Shown piece by piece: positions 37,921 through 47,805 of a DNA stretch of 64,000 nt. The position numbers and the translations under genes were made by a program. Under the pieces are notes generated by a model that made no database searches, was not told where the DNA came from, and was given only the letters and a program-made list of their open reading frames with translations. Source of the DNA: Patescibacteria group bacterium (lineage in GTDB: Bacteria > Patescibacteriota > Gracilibacteria > UBA1369 > PNNO01); contig JBHPIO010000005.1 in assembly GCA_042568575.1 (NCBI GenBank), forward strand, positions 17,263-81,262. Reading direction: 5' to 3'. The stretch's first letter is position 1, and each line of letters begins with the position of its first letter.

Positions 37921-40148
37921 AACTACGAATTGGTACTAAACTTGCGATTGCTTTTAGTCTGATAGGCATAATTGTCACTATGCTGCTTCTTACTTTTTTG
38001 TTAAAATACACTAACTATGCTATTGAGGAGAGAATCGAGGCTCAGATGGAAAGTGTTTTAATGTTAAAGATAAATCAATTAAATCGATTCACGGAGGAAG
38101 AAAAAGAAGATTTTAACAATATAGCAGATTTTTTATTAGAGTTGAGCGATTATGAAAATTTCTATAATTATGAAAATTTATCTGAATCGTTAGAATCGAT
38201 ATTGGAAAAAGAAGAAGATTTTTTTGAATTATTTATTATGGATTTGGAAGGTAGAGTGATCGTATCTACAGACAAGATACAAGAAGAGAAGCTAAAATTT
38301 AATGAGGAGTATTTTATCGAAGGCCAAAAGGGGGTATATATCCAAAGTTTTTACTATGATGTCGCTTTGCAACAACCTGCAAGTACTATAGTAGTGCCAA
38401 TTCAAACTAAGACAGATATCTATATTTTGGCTGGAAGAATAGATATGAATGAAATTTCGGAAATAATGACGGAAAGATCTGGGCTTGGTGAAACAGGAGA
38501 AACATATTTGGTGAATAAATTTAATTTTATGATTACTGAGTCTAGATTTGAGGAAAACGTTAGCTTGAAAAAAACGGTATATACAGAAGGAGTAGGTGAT
38601 TGTTTGCAGGCACATGGAGATATTGGGCACGGACATTATTTAGACTATAGAGATGCCGATGTAATAGGAATGTATAAATGGCTCCCAAATATGGAAGTAT
38701 GTATTTTAGCTGAAATAAATGAAGATGAGGCTCATATATCCATAAACAAAATGAGAAACACGATCGTTATAAGTAGCCTTGGAGCAATTACAATAATACT
38801 TATTTTTATTTTTATTTTTGGCGGAAGAATTACCAGTCGACTCAATAATCTTAGAAATGCTGCGATAGAAATAAGTAAAGGAGACTTGAAGAAAAGAATT
38901 AAGATAAAGTCAAAAGATGAAATAGGGGACTTGGCTGTTTCTTTCAATACTATGACTAAGAACTTATGTGAAGCTCAGGAAAAGCTTAATAAATATAATA
39001 AAACGCTTGAAGGGAAAGTAAGGCAGCGTACAAAAGAACTTGCTCAGGAAAGAAATAAATTGAGGACCACTCTTGAAAGTATTGGTGACGGGGCTTTTGT
39101 AATAGACAAGAAGGGGATTATTACATTCTTTAATAATGTTGCTGAGAGTATTACTCAATATAAAAGTAAAGAAGCTGTTGGAAAGTACTACAAAGAAATA
39201 ATAAATTTGGTTAGAGAGAAAGATGAAAAAGAGATTACTGGTTTTATTGAATTTGCTATTAAGAAGAATAAAATTACTCCCTTGCATAATCACACGGTTC
39301 TGATTACTAAAAAGAAAAAAAGGGTTCCTGTTCTGTCCAGTGCTGCTCCGATACATGGTGATAGAAAAGATAAAATAGTTGGATCAATTGTAACTTTCAG
39401 AGATGTGTCATACGAACGTGAAGTAGAGAAAATGAAGGATGATTTTATTGCGTTGGCTTCACATCAATTAAGGACTCCATTAACTAGTATAAAATGGTCT
39501 TTGGAAGAACTTTTAAGTGAAGGGTCAAGGAAGACCAAATTGGTACAAAAAGATTATTTGGAGAATTCTTACAAAGCTACTAACAGAATGGTTAGGTTAA
39601 CAAATTCGATTTTGAACATTAGTCGTATTGATTCTGGAAAGTTAACAATATTTCCGGAGTCGATAGATTTAGTTCAATTTACAAAAGAAGCATTACACAA
39701 GTTCCAGTCGTTAATTAAAGATAGAGAACATAAAGTTAAAACTAGTTTTCCAAAGAAAGTAATGGTCGCTAAAACAGATCCAAGAATCTTGAGTGAAGTT
39801 TTGTCGACTGTTATATCAAATGCATTAAGGTATACACCAAAAAAGGGTGTTATTGAAATTAACCTTGAGGTTCAGAAAACATATGTAGAATTTAATGTAA
39901 AAGATAACGGGATTGGGATTCCAGAGAAGGCAACAAATAAAGTTTTTCAACGATTCTTTAGAGCAGATAATGCTGAAAGAATTGATACTGAGGGGACAGG
40001 TTTAGCATTATCGATTACAAAAAATTTAGTTGAAATATTGGGAGGAAAAATTAAATTTAAATCTAAAGAAAATTCCGGAACTACTTTCACATTTACTTTA
40101 CCTCTAAAAGGCATTAAAGCTAAAAAAGGGGAGAAGGGGTTATCGTAA
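37917..40148 (+). CDS. Membrane sensor histidine kinase (Cache-HAMP-PAS-HisKA-HATPase)
   Basis: Two TM helices, GLGETGETYLVN, DEIGDLAVSFNTM, ASHQLRTPL, DNGIGIP, GTGLAL. Confidence 0.92.
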   Translation: MKLRIGTKLAIAFSLIGIIVTMLLLTFLLKYTNYAIEERIEAQMESVLMLKINQLNRFTEEEKEDFNNIADFLLELSDYENFYNYENLSESLESILEKEEDFFELFIMDLEGRVIVSTDKIQEEKLKFNEEYFIEGQKGVYIQSFYYDVALQQPASTIVVPIQTKTDIYILAGRIDMNEISEIMTERSGLGETGETYLVNKFNFMITESRFEENVSLKKTVYTEGVGDCLQAHGDIGHGHYLDYRDADVIGMYKWLPNMEVCILAEINEDEAHISINKMRNTIVISSLGAITIILIFIFIFGGRITSRLNNLRNAAIEISKGDLKKRIKIKSKDEIGDLAVSFNTMTKNLCEAQEKLNKYNKTLEGKVRQRTKELAQERNKLRTTLESIGDGAFVIDKKGIITFFNNVAESITQYKSKEAVGKYYKEIINLVREKDEKEITGFIEFAIKKNKITPLHNHTVLITKKKKRVPVLSSAAPIHGDRKDKIVGSIVTFRDVSYEREVEKMKDDFIALASHQLRTPLTSIKWSLEELLSEGSRKTKLVQKDYLENSYKATNRMVRLTNSILNISRIDSGKLTIFPESIDLVQFTKEALHKFQSLIKDREHKVKTSFPKKVMVAKTDPRILSEVLSTVISNALRYTPKKGVIEINLEVQKTYVEFNVKDNGIGIPEKATNKVFQRFFRADNAERIDTEGTGLALSITKNLVEILGGKIKFKSKENSGTTFTFTLPLKGIKAKKGEKGLS

Positions 40149-41645
40149 ACATTCAGGTTGGTCTGCTATCTTTTTTTGGTATGATGGAAAATAAATTCTA
40201 AGGGTTGTTCCATGATCCAATTCGGTTCTAATTTCTAAATATGCATTGTTCTCGAGCAAAATGGCTTTACACATAGATAATCCCAATCCGGTACCTGCAC
40301 CTTCTGATTTAGTTGTATAAAATGCATCAAACATTCGGTCTCTTACATATTGTGGTATGCCTTCACCTGTGTCGGTTATTTCAAGCACATTTAATGGACC
40401 ATTTATTAATCGTCCAGAAATTTCACATTTGCGCTTGTTAGATTCTTCCGGAATGCACACTTCATAAGTGCGAACTTTAATTTCCCCACCTCTATTTGGT
40501 AAAGCTGCTAATGCATTTGTGATTAGATTAATGATTACTCTTTCAACTTTTTGGACTTGGACTTCGGAACACATAGAGCTATGAGTCCACAAATCATACG
40601 TCAGTTTGTGCGGGGGCTTAACTAAAGCTTCAAGAAGAGAGGATACCTCTTCTACGAGTTTATTGATATCATATGCTTGTGATCTACTATCTTCCTTCCT
40701 TGAGGCACGCAAAATGCTAGATACAAGTTTTTTTGCTCTTGATGCTGCTTGCTGAATTTCAAAGCCAAGTCCAATTCTTTCAGGCGTTCCAACGTGTTTT
40801 TCTGAAACAAGTAATTCAGCATATCCAGATATCGGACATAAAAGATTGTTAAAATCATGCGCTATACCTGCAGCCATTTCTCCTAATGATTTTAGAGCTT
40901 CTGATTTAATGCTTTGCTCTTCCATCCTTTTCCTTTCTGTAATATCAATAACAGTAGCTACCACACTTTTATCACCATTTTCACTTTCCATTTTTCCAAA
41001 AACAATCCATACGGGTACTTCGTCTCCTGATTTCGTTAATGCCTTGTATTCATGAGCAGCTTCACCAGGTCCTCTTCCGTTCATTAATCTATCAATTGTA
41101 TCTTGTAACCTTTCACGACTTTCAGGTTTAACGAGCTCAAGAATCGAGCTTGGGGTTTCTTTTTCGCTGTACCCAAGTATATTTAATATTTGTGGATTCA
41201 TACTAGTAAAACTTCCATCTGGGTTAATGTTAAGCATCATCACTGGAGTTCTTCTTACGACTTTTCTCAACTCTCCCGTTGTAGGGCCTCTCTGTCTATA
41301 AATAACTTTTGCATATCGTTCTTTAACTACTTTAAGAATTCCGGATATACGAAAACTTGGTTGGTTTTCAACTAATTTTTCTGCGCTTTTAACAATGTGA
41401 CCTAAACTTATATTTTTAGGAGGGTATCCAAGTATCGTTAATTCTTCTGCTGCTTGTAAAATCGTTAAAGCAGTATGAGATATTTCTCTAGGGCCGTTAT
41501 CTTCTTGAATTTTATCCCTTAATCCTAGTAAGTCTAACCCAATATTTTCGCTTTGAATTCTTCCAATCAAAAAACCTGCCTGTTGGATACTCCATTCACT
41601 ACAGGTTATGTCTTGCTCAGATTTTAAGTGCTCCATTAATTGCAT
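40140..41645 (-). CDS. Cytoplasmic PAS histidine kinase (NtrB/CckA-like core)
   Basis: DITERK, GIAHDFNNLL, NLITNA, DTGEGI, FYTTK, GTGLGL. Confidence 0.88.
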   Translation of the reverse strand: MQLMEHLKSEQDITCSEWSIQQAGFLIGRIQSENIGLDLLGLRDKIQEDNGPREISHTALTILQAAEELTILGYPPKNISLGHIVKSAEKLVENQPSFRISGILKVVKERYAKVIYRQRGPTTGELRKVVRRTPVMMLNINPDGSFTSMNPQILNILGYSEKETPSSILELVKPESRERLQDTIDRLMNGRGPGEAAHEYKALTKSGDEVPVWIVFGKMESENGDKSVVATVIDITERKRMEEQSIKSEALKSLGEMAAGIAHDFNNLLCPISGYAELLVSEKHVGTPERIGLGFEIQQAASRAKKLVSSILRASRKEDSRSQAYDINKLVEEVSSLLEALVKPPHKLTYDLWTHSSMCSEVQVQKVERVIINLITNALAALPNRGGEIKVRTYEVCIPEESNKRKCEISGRLINGPLNVLEITDTGEGIPQYVRDRMFDAFYTTKSEGAGTGLGLSMCKAILLENNAYLEIRTELDHGTTLRIYFPSYQKKIADQPECLR

Positions 41646-41921
41646 GACAACTATTGATAATTGTTCACTATCTTATTTTTATAGAACTAAAATTTCCAGC
41701 TTTTGAACGAAAAATTTAGATAGATTTTAGTTTTCGATAATATATTTATAATCAGATGTTTTTGAGGTCGAAAAATACACGCCTTTAAGGGTGTTTTGGT
41801 TTTAAAATGTTGCGCGGCAATGTTATTGGTTTTTGTATAGAGTGGATTTTGCTTTTTTAGATTGATGTGGGGGCTTTGTTAAGTATAATATGTCTGCCTA
41901 CTTTATGACGTACTTCAAATT

Positions 41922-42797
41922 ATGAAAAAGAATACTCAAACTTTAAAACGTGGTCTTGCTCAGATGCTTAAAGGCGGAGTGATCATGGATGTAGTTACCG
42001 AGGAGCATGCAAAAATCGCTGAAGAAGCGGGAGCTTGCGCTGTTATGGCGCTTGAGAGGGTTCCGTCTGATATTAGAAAAGATGGAGGGGTAGCGCGAAT
42101 GAGTGATCCTCAATTAATTAAAAAGATTAAAAAAGCCGTTTCGATTCCTGTTATGGCAAAAGTTAGAATAGGTCATTTTGTTGAAGCGCAGGTTATTGAG
42201 TCACTTGGAATTGATTATATTGATGAAAGCGAAGTATTAACTCCTGCAGATGAGAAATATCACATAGATAAGACAAAATTTAAAATTCCTTTTGTGTGTG
42301 GTGCTACTTATTTAGGTGAAGGATTAAGGCGAATTTCTGAAGGAGCAGCGATGATTAGAACAAAAGGTGAAGCGGGAACTGGAAATGTTGTTGAGGCAGT
42401 TAGGCATGCACGTACACTTCTTAGTGAAATTGAAGAATTAAAATCTGGAACTGAAAAAACTTTAAAAGAATATGCGAAACAACAAAGAGTTCCTTATGAG
42501 TTAGTAAAAGAAATTGCGGAGAGTGGAAAGTTACCAGTAGTTAATTTTGCGGCAGGAGGCATCGCTACGCCTGCTGATGCAGCTTTAATGATGCAGTTAG
42601 GTCTTGATGGTGTGTTTGTTGGTTCAGGCATCTTTAAAGCAAGTGACCCAGTTAAAATGGGAAAAGCGATTGTTAAGGCTGTGACTCACTTCCATGAGCC
42701 TGAAATTATAGCGAAAGTTTCTGAAAATCTTGGAGATGCTATGGAAAGTAAAGAAATTAAAGATCTTGATACCCGTTATGCGGAAAGAGGATGGTAG
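41922..42797 (+). CDS. pdxS: Pyridoxal 5'-phosphate synthase lyase subunit
   Basis: [40 protein letters not shown]. Confidence 0.97.
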   Translation: MKKNTQTLKRGLAQMLKGGVIMDVVTEEHAKIAEEAGACAVMALERVPSDIRKDGGVARMSDPQLIKKIKKAVSIPVMAKVRIGHFVEAQVIESLGIDYIDESEVLTPADEKYHIDKTKFKIPFVCGATYLGEGLRRISEGAAMIRTKGEAGTGNVVEAVRHARTLLSEIEELKSGTEKTLKEYAKQQRVPYELVKEIAESGKLPVVNFAAGGIATPADAALMMQLGLDGVFVGSGIFKASDPVKMGKAIVKAVTHFHEPEIIAKVSENLGDAMESKEIKDLDTRYAERGW

Positions 42798-43399
42798 ATA
42801 ACAAAATTACAATTGGAGTTTTAGCTTTACAGGGTGCTTTTTTTGAACATGTTGAAATGTTAAAACGGCTCAATGTAGAGGCGCGTGAGGTTAGGCAAAA
42901 AAAAGATTTAGACGGACTTTCAGGATTGATAATTCCTGGAGGGGAGAGTACAACAATATCACTTTTAATGAAAAACCAGTCGTTACGTGATGAATTAATT
43001 AAAGCTATCGAAGGTGGATTACCTGTTTATGGGACATGTGCAGGTGCGATTTTACTTTCAAAAAAAGTTGAAGGCAAAAAATTAAGCGAAAGACTTTCAG
43101 TGATGGATATTGAAATTGAAAGAAATGCATATGGGAGTCAGCTCGATAGTTTTGAAGAGGATTTGGTATTGAATTTGGATGGTGAGGAAAGACATTTTTA
43201 TGCAATTTTTATTCGTGCACCAAAAATCACAGGTGTTGGCGAAAATATTGATGTATTAGCGAAAAATTCAATGAGTGAAATTGTTATGGCTCGTGAAAAA
43301 AACATGCTTGTTACAACATTTCATCCTGAACTTACCGATGATTCAGGAGTTCATCAGTATTTTTTAAAGATGTGCGAAAAGTTTACTCAAAATCTTTAA
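42791..43399 (+). CDS. pdxT: PLP synthase glutaminase subunit
   Basis: GVLALQG, PGGEST, GTCAG, FIRAP, FHPEL. Confidence 0.96.
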   Translation: MVDNKITIGVLALQGAFFEHVEMLKRLNVEAREVRQKKDLDGLSGLIIPGGESTTISLLMKNQSLRDELIKAIEGGLPVYGTCAGAILLSKKVEGKKLSERLSVMDIEIERNAYGSQLDSFEEDLVLNLDGEERHFYAIFIRAPKITGVGENIDVLAKNSMSEIVMAREKNMLVTTFHPELTDDSGVHQYFLKMCEKFTQNL

Positions 43400-44303
43400 G
43401 GAATTTTGAGATATCGAAGTTTTTCACTTCTTCGTGAGGTGAAGTTTTTATTCCTTCTCTGCTTGGAAGACGTTCTTGGAATGGAGGATAGTCTTTCTTT
43501 TGATATAAAACTCCAAGATAAATTTCTTTTTCGAAATCTTGCACGATTTTCTTTGCGGCATCTAGATTTGTTGAGTCATATTTCTTTAAATCTTCGATAT
43601 ATTTAATGCGATCCCAGTACCATTCTTGTGGAGTTGCTCTGTTATATGTAGGACAAACCTGAAGCATTTCAACAAATGCAAAACCCTTATGTTTTAAAGC
43701 TGCTCGAAGTGTTTTTGTCATGTGTTTGATGTCGCCTGAGAAACTGCGGGCAACAAATGTAGGGTGCAATCCAAGAACAAATTCGGAAGGATTCATCGGT
43801 TCAACAACAACACCATCAGGCGACCCGTTCATCGCAAATCCCTTTGGGGTTGTAGCAGAAGCTTGCCCTGTAGTGAGCCCGTAGTTATGATTGTTATGCA
43901 GAATAAAGAGCATCGGGTAGTCACTTCTAACAGAATGCACTAAATGGCTAATACCTTCACTCATTGTCCCTCCATCACCACCGGAGGCAATAATTTTTAG
44001 TTTAGAATTCCCAAGGGAGGCACCTGCGCCAAGACTAATTGATCGTCCGTGAAGTCCATGAACAGTATATCCCCCGATTTTATCAGAACCGTTCCCGTTA
44101 CAACCAATATCATAACTGTGGAGTACATCCTGATAATGAAATCCCTCTAAAGTTAAAGCTCTCTTAAGTGCATTTTGGATGTTGTAGTCGCCGCAACCGT
44201 GACACCATGTAATCACTTCTTCACCTTCATACTTAACGTATGTATCTTTACGTTTTGAAAGTGTTTTTAAAACCTGTGATGTGTCGTTTTGCTTCTTTGG
44301 CAT
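43383..44303 (-). CDS. korB: 2-oxoacid:ferredoxin oxidoreductase beta subunit
   Basis: WCHGCGDY, LHGR, GGDGG, NNHNYGLTTGQAS, CPTYN; substrate not determinable. Confidence 0.85.
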   Translation of the reverse strand: MPKKQNDTSQVLKTLSKRKDTYVKYEGEEVITWCHGCGDYNIQNALKRALTLEGFHYQDVLHSYDIGCNGNGSDKIGGYTVHGLHGRSISLGAGASLGNSKLKIIASGGDGGTMSEGISHLVHSVRSDYPMLFILHNNHNYGLTTGQASATTPKGFAMNGSPDGVVVEPMNPSEFVLGLHPTFVARSFSGDIKHMTKTLRAALKHKGFAFVEMLQVCPTYNRATPQEWYWDRIKYIEDLKKYDSTNLDAAKKIVQDFEKEIYLGVLYQKKDYPPFQERLPSREGIKTSPHEEVKNFDISKFLKDFE

Positions 44304-44305
44304 AA

Positions 44306-46042
44306 TTAATGTTTAGCAACGTACGACATAACTTCATCAAAGAAGAATGGACGTCCGTCATATTTTAGTAGTTTACCTTTAAATTCTTTTTTAGTTTGTG
44401 CTTCAACTTGTTGGCCAAACTGACCAAGGAAATTTCCTTCAATTAAATGAACATTTTTATTATTTTCGAAAAATTTCTTAGCCGCATTTGCCTTTACTGG
44501 CCACACATAATCAAAATGCAGATAATTAACTTCTACTCCTTTTGCTTTATATGCCTGGATTACATCTTGCATCACATTCATGCTACTTCCCCAACCAATA
44601 AATGAAATTTTGGCACCTTTCTTTGCTCCATAAACTTTTGGTGCAGGAAGATTTTTTAAAAGGGTCTCTTCTTTTCTCATTCTTTTATCAATCATAATTT
44701 TCGCTTCTTTTGCTTCCTCGTTTAATTCTCCACTTTCCCAATGTTCATCACCATTTGCATAATAATAAGCCGGAGAACTTCCCGGAATCCATCTTTTTGA
44801 AATTCCCGAAGGTGTAATTTTGTATCTATCACTCGACTGTAATTTCTCAAGTTCTTTTGGACTTGTTACAAGCCCTCGTTTTAAAGGAACTTTTTTATGC
44901 TTAAAGTGATCAACTGTTAAATGTGTATCGTAAACTGTTTTTTCTGATAGAACTGTTACTGGGATTTGATATTCTTCTGCGATATTAAATGCATGTTGAA
45001 TTAATTCATATGATGAATGTGGGTCACCGCAGCCAATAACTGCTCGCGGGAATTCTCCATGCGCTGAGTGAATTGCAAGATTGTAATCTCCCTGACATGT
45101 CCATGTAGGAAGTCCTGTTGCTGGTCCAGGTCGTTGTCCGATAATAAATACTGCTGGTGTTTCATTCATTCCACATAAAGAAACACTCTCTGTCATAAGG
45201 TCGTATCCGCCGCCTGAAGTTGCAATCATTGATCTGCATCCAACAAGCATAGAACCGATCATCATTTGAGCAGCTGTGATTTCATCTTCAGCTTGTTTCA
45301 CAAGAACTCCAGTTTCGTGAGCGGTTGCAGCGATGTAAGTTAAGATTCCGCTCGAAGGACTCATTGGATAGGCGTAATATGCTCTCATTCCAGCTTGAAT
45401 CGCTCCAAGTGCGATAGAAGTTGTTCCATCAATTAATATCTTCTTTGGTGCTTTTTTATTAAGTTTAATTTTAAACTGTGGAATTTTTTTAATGTCGCCA
45501 CCTTTAAATCCTGCATCAACACATTTTAAATCGATTTTCAAAAGTTTTGGTTTTGAAGCGAACTGATGTTTAACTTCCTTTTTCAAATTATTTGCATCGA
45601 ATCCAAGAACTTTCCATAAAAGTCCGAGCAAAACCATGTTTACCATCACAGAACTGCCTCCAAGTGATCTCGCGATCTGTCTTGCAGGTAAATATAGAAC
45701 TTTAATCCCTTTCTTTTTCGCTTTTTCTTTTAATGCTGGAATCAAATGATGCCTTTCGTATCCGTGAATTAAAATTCCACCACGTTTCATCAAGTCTATA
45801 TGATAAAGAAGTCCAGCACGATCAAGCGCCACAACGATATCAATCTTATTCGAACGTGATCTAATATCTTTTGTACTAAAATCTATTTGAACATTTGAAC
45901 TTCCACCCTTAATTAGCGATGGAAATTCTCTTTCTGAAGCAATATAGAAACCAAGATCTTTAAGAGCACGGCTAACAATGTGACCACTACTCAGCAGTCC
46001 CATTCCACTTTCACCCGCAATTCTTATTACTGTTCTTTCCAT
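44306..46042 (-). CDS. korA: 2-oxoacid:acceptor oxidoreductase alpha subunit (gamma-alpha fusion)
   Basis: AGESGMG, YPMSPSS, QAEDE, ATSGGG, QRPGPATGLPT. Confidence 0.85.
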   Translation of the reverse strand: MERTVIRIAGESGMGLLSSGHIVSRALKDLGFYIASEREFPSLIKGGSSNVQIDFSTKDIRSRSNKIDIVVALDRAGLLYHIDLMKRGGILIHGYERHHLIPALKEKAKKKGIKVLYLPARQIARSLGGSSVMVNMVLLGLLWKVLGFDANNLKKEVKHQFASKPKLLKIDLKCVDAGFKGGDIKKIPQFKIKLNKKAPKKILIDGTTSIALGAIQAGMRAYYAYPMSPSSGILTYIAATAHETGVLVKQAEDEITAAQMMIGSMLVGCRSMIATSGGGYDLMTESVSLCGMNETPAVFIIGQRPGPATGLPTWTCQGDYNLAIHSAHGEFPRAVIGCGDPHSSYELIQHAFNIAEEYQIPVTVLSEKTVYDTHLTVDHFKHKKVPLKRGLVTSPKELEKLQSSDRYKITPSGISKRWIPGSSPAYYYANGDEHWESGELNEEAKEAKIMIDKRMRKEETLLKNLPAPKVYGAKKGAKISFIGWGSSMNVMQDVIQAYKAKGVEVNYLHFDYVWPVKANAAKKFFENNKNVHLIEGNFLGQFGQQVEAQTKKEFKGKLLKYDGRPFFFDEVMSYVAKH

Positions 46043-46045
46043 ATA

Positions 46046-46495
46046 TTATTTAATTGCTTTAGATAATTTTTTTGCCCAGTCCTTAACAGAAGTATCAAGG
46101 TAAGGAACTGGAGTTTTATTTATACGAAGCGCAGGAACGATCAACTTTCCGCCGATTTCTTTAATTCCTTTTTCAAGGATTTTTGCTGATTCAATAACAT
46201 ATTCGGTGTTGTATTTGTTGTCTCCAAGTCCAATAACTGCGCATTTTTTTCCTTTTAAACTTGTTTGTTTAACTTTATAGAAAAATTTCAGCATATGATC
46301 TTGAAGTAGTCCCTGTCCGTATGTCGAACTTGCGAAAATATAAAGACTATAACCTTTGAGATCTTTAACATCGCTTTCCTCTGCGCGTTGAACAGTCACT
46401 TTATGGCCGCTGTTGCTTAATACTTCCGCTACTTCATCTGTAACAATTTCTGTGTTACCACCTGTACTACCGAAAATTATTAGGACCGATGCCAT
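46046..46495 (-). CDS. Flavodoxin
   Basis: FGSTGGNTE, SSTYGQG, IGLGD. Confidence 0.92.
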   Translation of the reverse strand: MASVLIIFGSTGGNTEIVTDEVAEVLSNSGHKVTVQRAEESDVKDLKGYSLYIFASSTYGQGLLQDHMLKFFYKVKQTSLKGKKCAVIGLGDNKYNTEYVIESAKILEKGIKEIGGKLIVPALRINKTPVPYLDTSVKDWAKKLSKAIK

Positions 46496-46564
46496 AAAAA
46501 GTTTGTTTATCTTCCTTTAATTATATAGTTTAAAATTGTAAGGTCAAATTTATATAAAAAGAAT

Positions 46565-46615
46565 TTGCAAATACGTGTGAAAAATATATAATTGCAAATA
46601 GGAATCATTCCTATT
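46565..46615 (+). promoter_or_regulatory. ahpC promoter (TTGCAA-16-TATAAT) followed by a perfect 9-1-9 palindrome (Fur/PerR-like operator)
   Basis: AATAGGAAT-C-ATTCCTATT at 46597-46615. Confidence 0.6.
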
Positions 46616-46645
46616 AATTCATAATTTATTCTTAAAAATAGCGTT

Positions 46646-47215
46646 ATGACACACCACGAAAACGAAGAAGATTGTTGTTGCGACTCAGGTTGCTGCGGTC
46701 TTCAAGTCGGCAAAAAAGCCCCAACATTTAAAATGGAAGGGTACTACAAGGGAGACAAGAAGCATTATCATCTCGAAGATTTCAAAGGGAAATGGGTGGT
46801 ACTTTTCTTTTATCCACTAGATTTCACGTTTGTTTGTCCAACAGAGTTAATTGAGCTCAGCAAAAAACATTCTGAATTCGAAAAAGTTAATGCGCAGGTT
46901 CTTGGAGTAAGCGTAGACAGTGTTTATTCTCATGAAGCATGGCTAAAAGAGATCGGTGATCTTGAATATCCACTTCTTAGCGACATGACAAAACACGTTA
47001 GTCATGATTACAACGTTCTTCTACCAGAAGAAGGAATCAGTTTGCGTGGAGCATTCATCATTGATCCAGATGGAATACTGAAAAGTTACACAGTAAACGA
47101 TCTAACTATCGGTCGAAATGTTGACGAACTAGTACGTTTAATAAAAGCATTCCAAACAGGCGATCTATGTCCTGTGGGATGGAATCAAGGAGAGAAAACT
47201 TTGGGTAAAGCCTAG
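46646..47215 (+). CDS. ahpC: 2-Cys peroxiredoxin
   Basis: FFYPLDFTFVCPTE, GRNVDE, LCPVGW. Confidence 0.95.
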   Translation: MTHHENEEDCCCDSGCCGLQVGKKAPTFKMEGYYKGDKKHYHLEDFKGKWVVLFFYPLDFTFVCPTELIELSKKHSEFEKVNAQVLGVSVDSVYSHEAWLKEIGDLEYPLLSDMTKHVSHDYNVLLPEEGISLRGAFIIDPDGILKSYTVNDLTIGRNVDELVRLIKAFQTGDLCPVGWNQGEKTLGKA

Positions 47216-47219
47216 GTTC

Positions 47220-47800
47220 TCGGGGAAAAGGTAAGAGGCGTACATCTAGTTTCACATACTTGCCATATGAAAATGGTGAAAGCAGAGGTGAGACATACGC
47301 CTCAACGTAATGCTCTTTAATCTCTCTCAAGGTCGTATCAGTGATTGGTTAGAATCTCTGAGATCTCAAGGGATCAAGGAGCGGTATTTGCAACAGGTTC
47401 GACTAAGAGTTCCTGTTACTACATAGCCCTGAAGTAAAATTTAGGGCTATCTCCCTACCGTTCTTTGGATGGTTTATTTTATGACGTAACCACCATCGTC
47501 TTTTTTTTTGTTTCTTTTTTTTGTCCAAAATTAATTGGGAAAAATTTTTGTTTCGTTTGTTTTTGTGTTTTTTGGGTAGGTCCTACCATTTTCTTAAATA
47601 AATGAGAAAAGGAGGCTACTTTTAGGTGGCAGTAGTCGGCTGCCATCGAAAAGTAAGGAGGAGAAGATCATGAAGATACACCTTCATAATCCCGGATCCT
47701 CCCGGCTTTTGCTTGAGCATGCGTATGAGTTACGCACTGCGTGTATTTGTTTCTGTTTCTTTCAAAGGACGTTTGATTTCTATTTCTAATTTGTGAAATC
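47220..47800 (-). ncRNA. Putative large structured non-coding RNA (~580 nt), class unassigned
   Basis: Own promoter; ten or more helices, most wobble pairs are G-U only on the minus strand; A-rich linkers; no credible CDS. The 3' end is approximate. Confidence 0.6.
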
Positions 47801-47805
47801 TTTAC

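Noticed and set aside
47106-47330. 74-aa minus-strand ORF in the track
   Set aside because: It overlaps ahpC antisense, has a TTG start and shows no recognisable motif.
47479-47646. 55-aa minus-strand ORF (MAADYCHL…) inside the putative ncRNA
   Set aside because: Its composition is driven by A-tracts, it has no RBS, and its start is buried in a stem.
47220-47800. tmRNA, RNase P RNA or group I/II intron as the identity of the structured region
   Set aside because: No tRNA-like termini, no GAGGAAAGUCC/P4 core, no recognisable intron motifs, and it does not interrupt a gene. This is by eye only; cmscan is needed.
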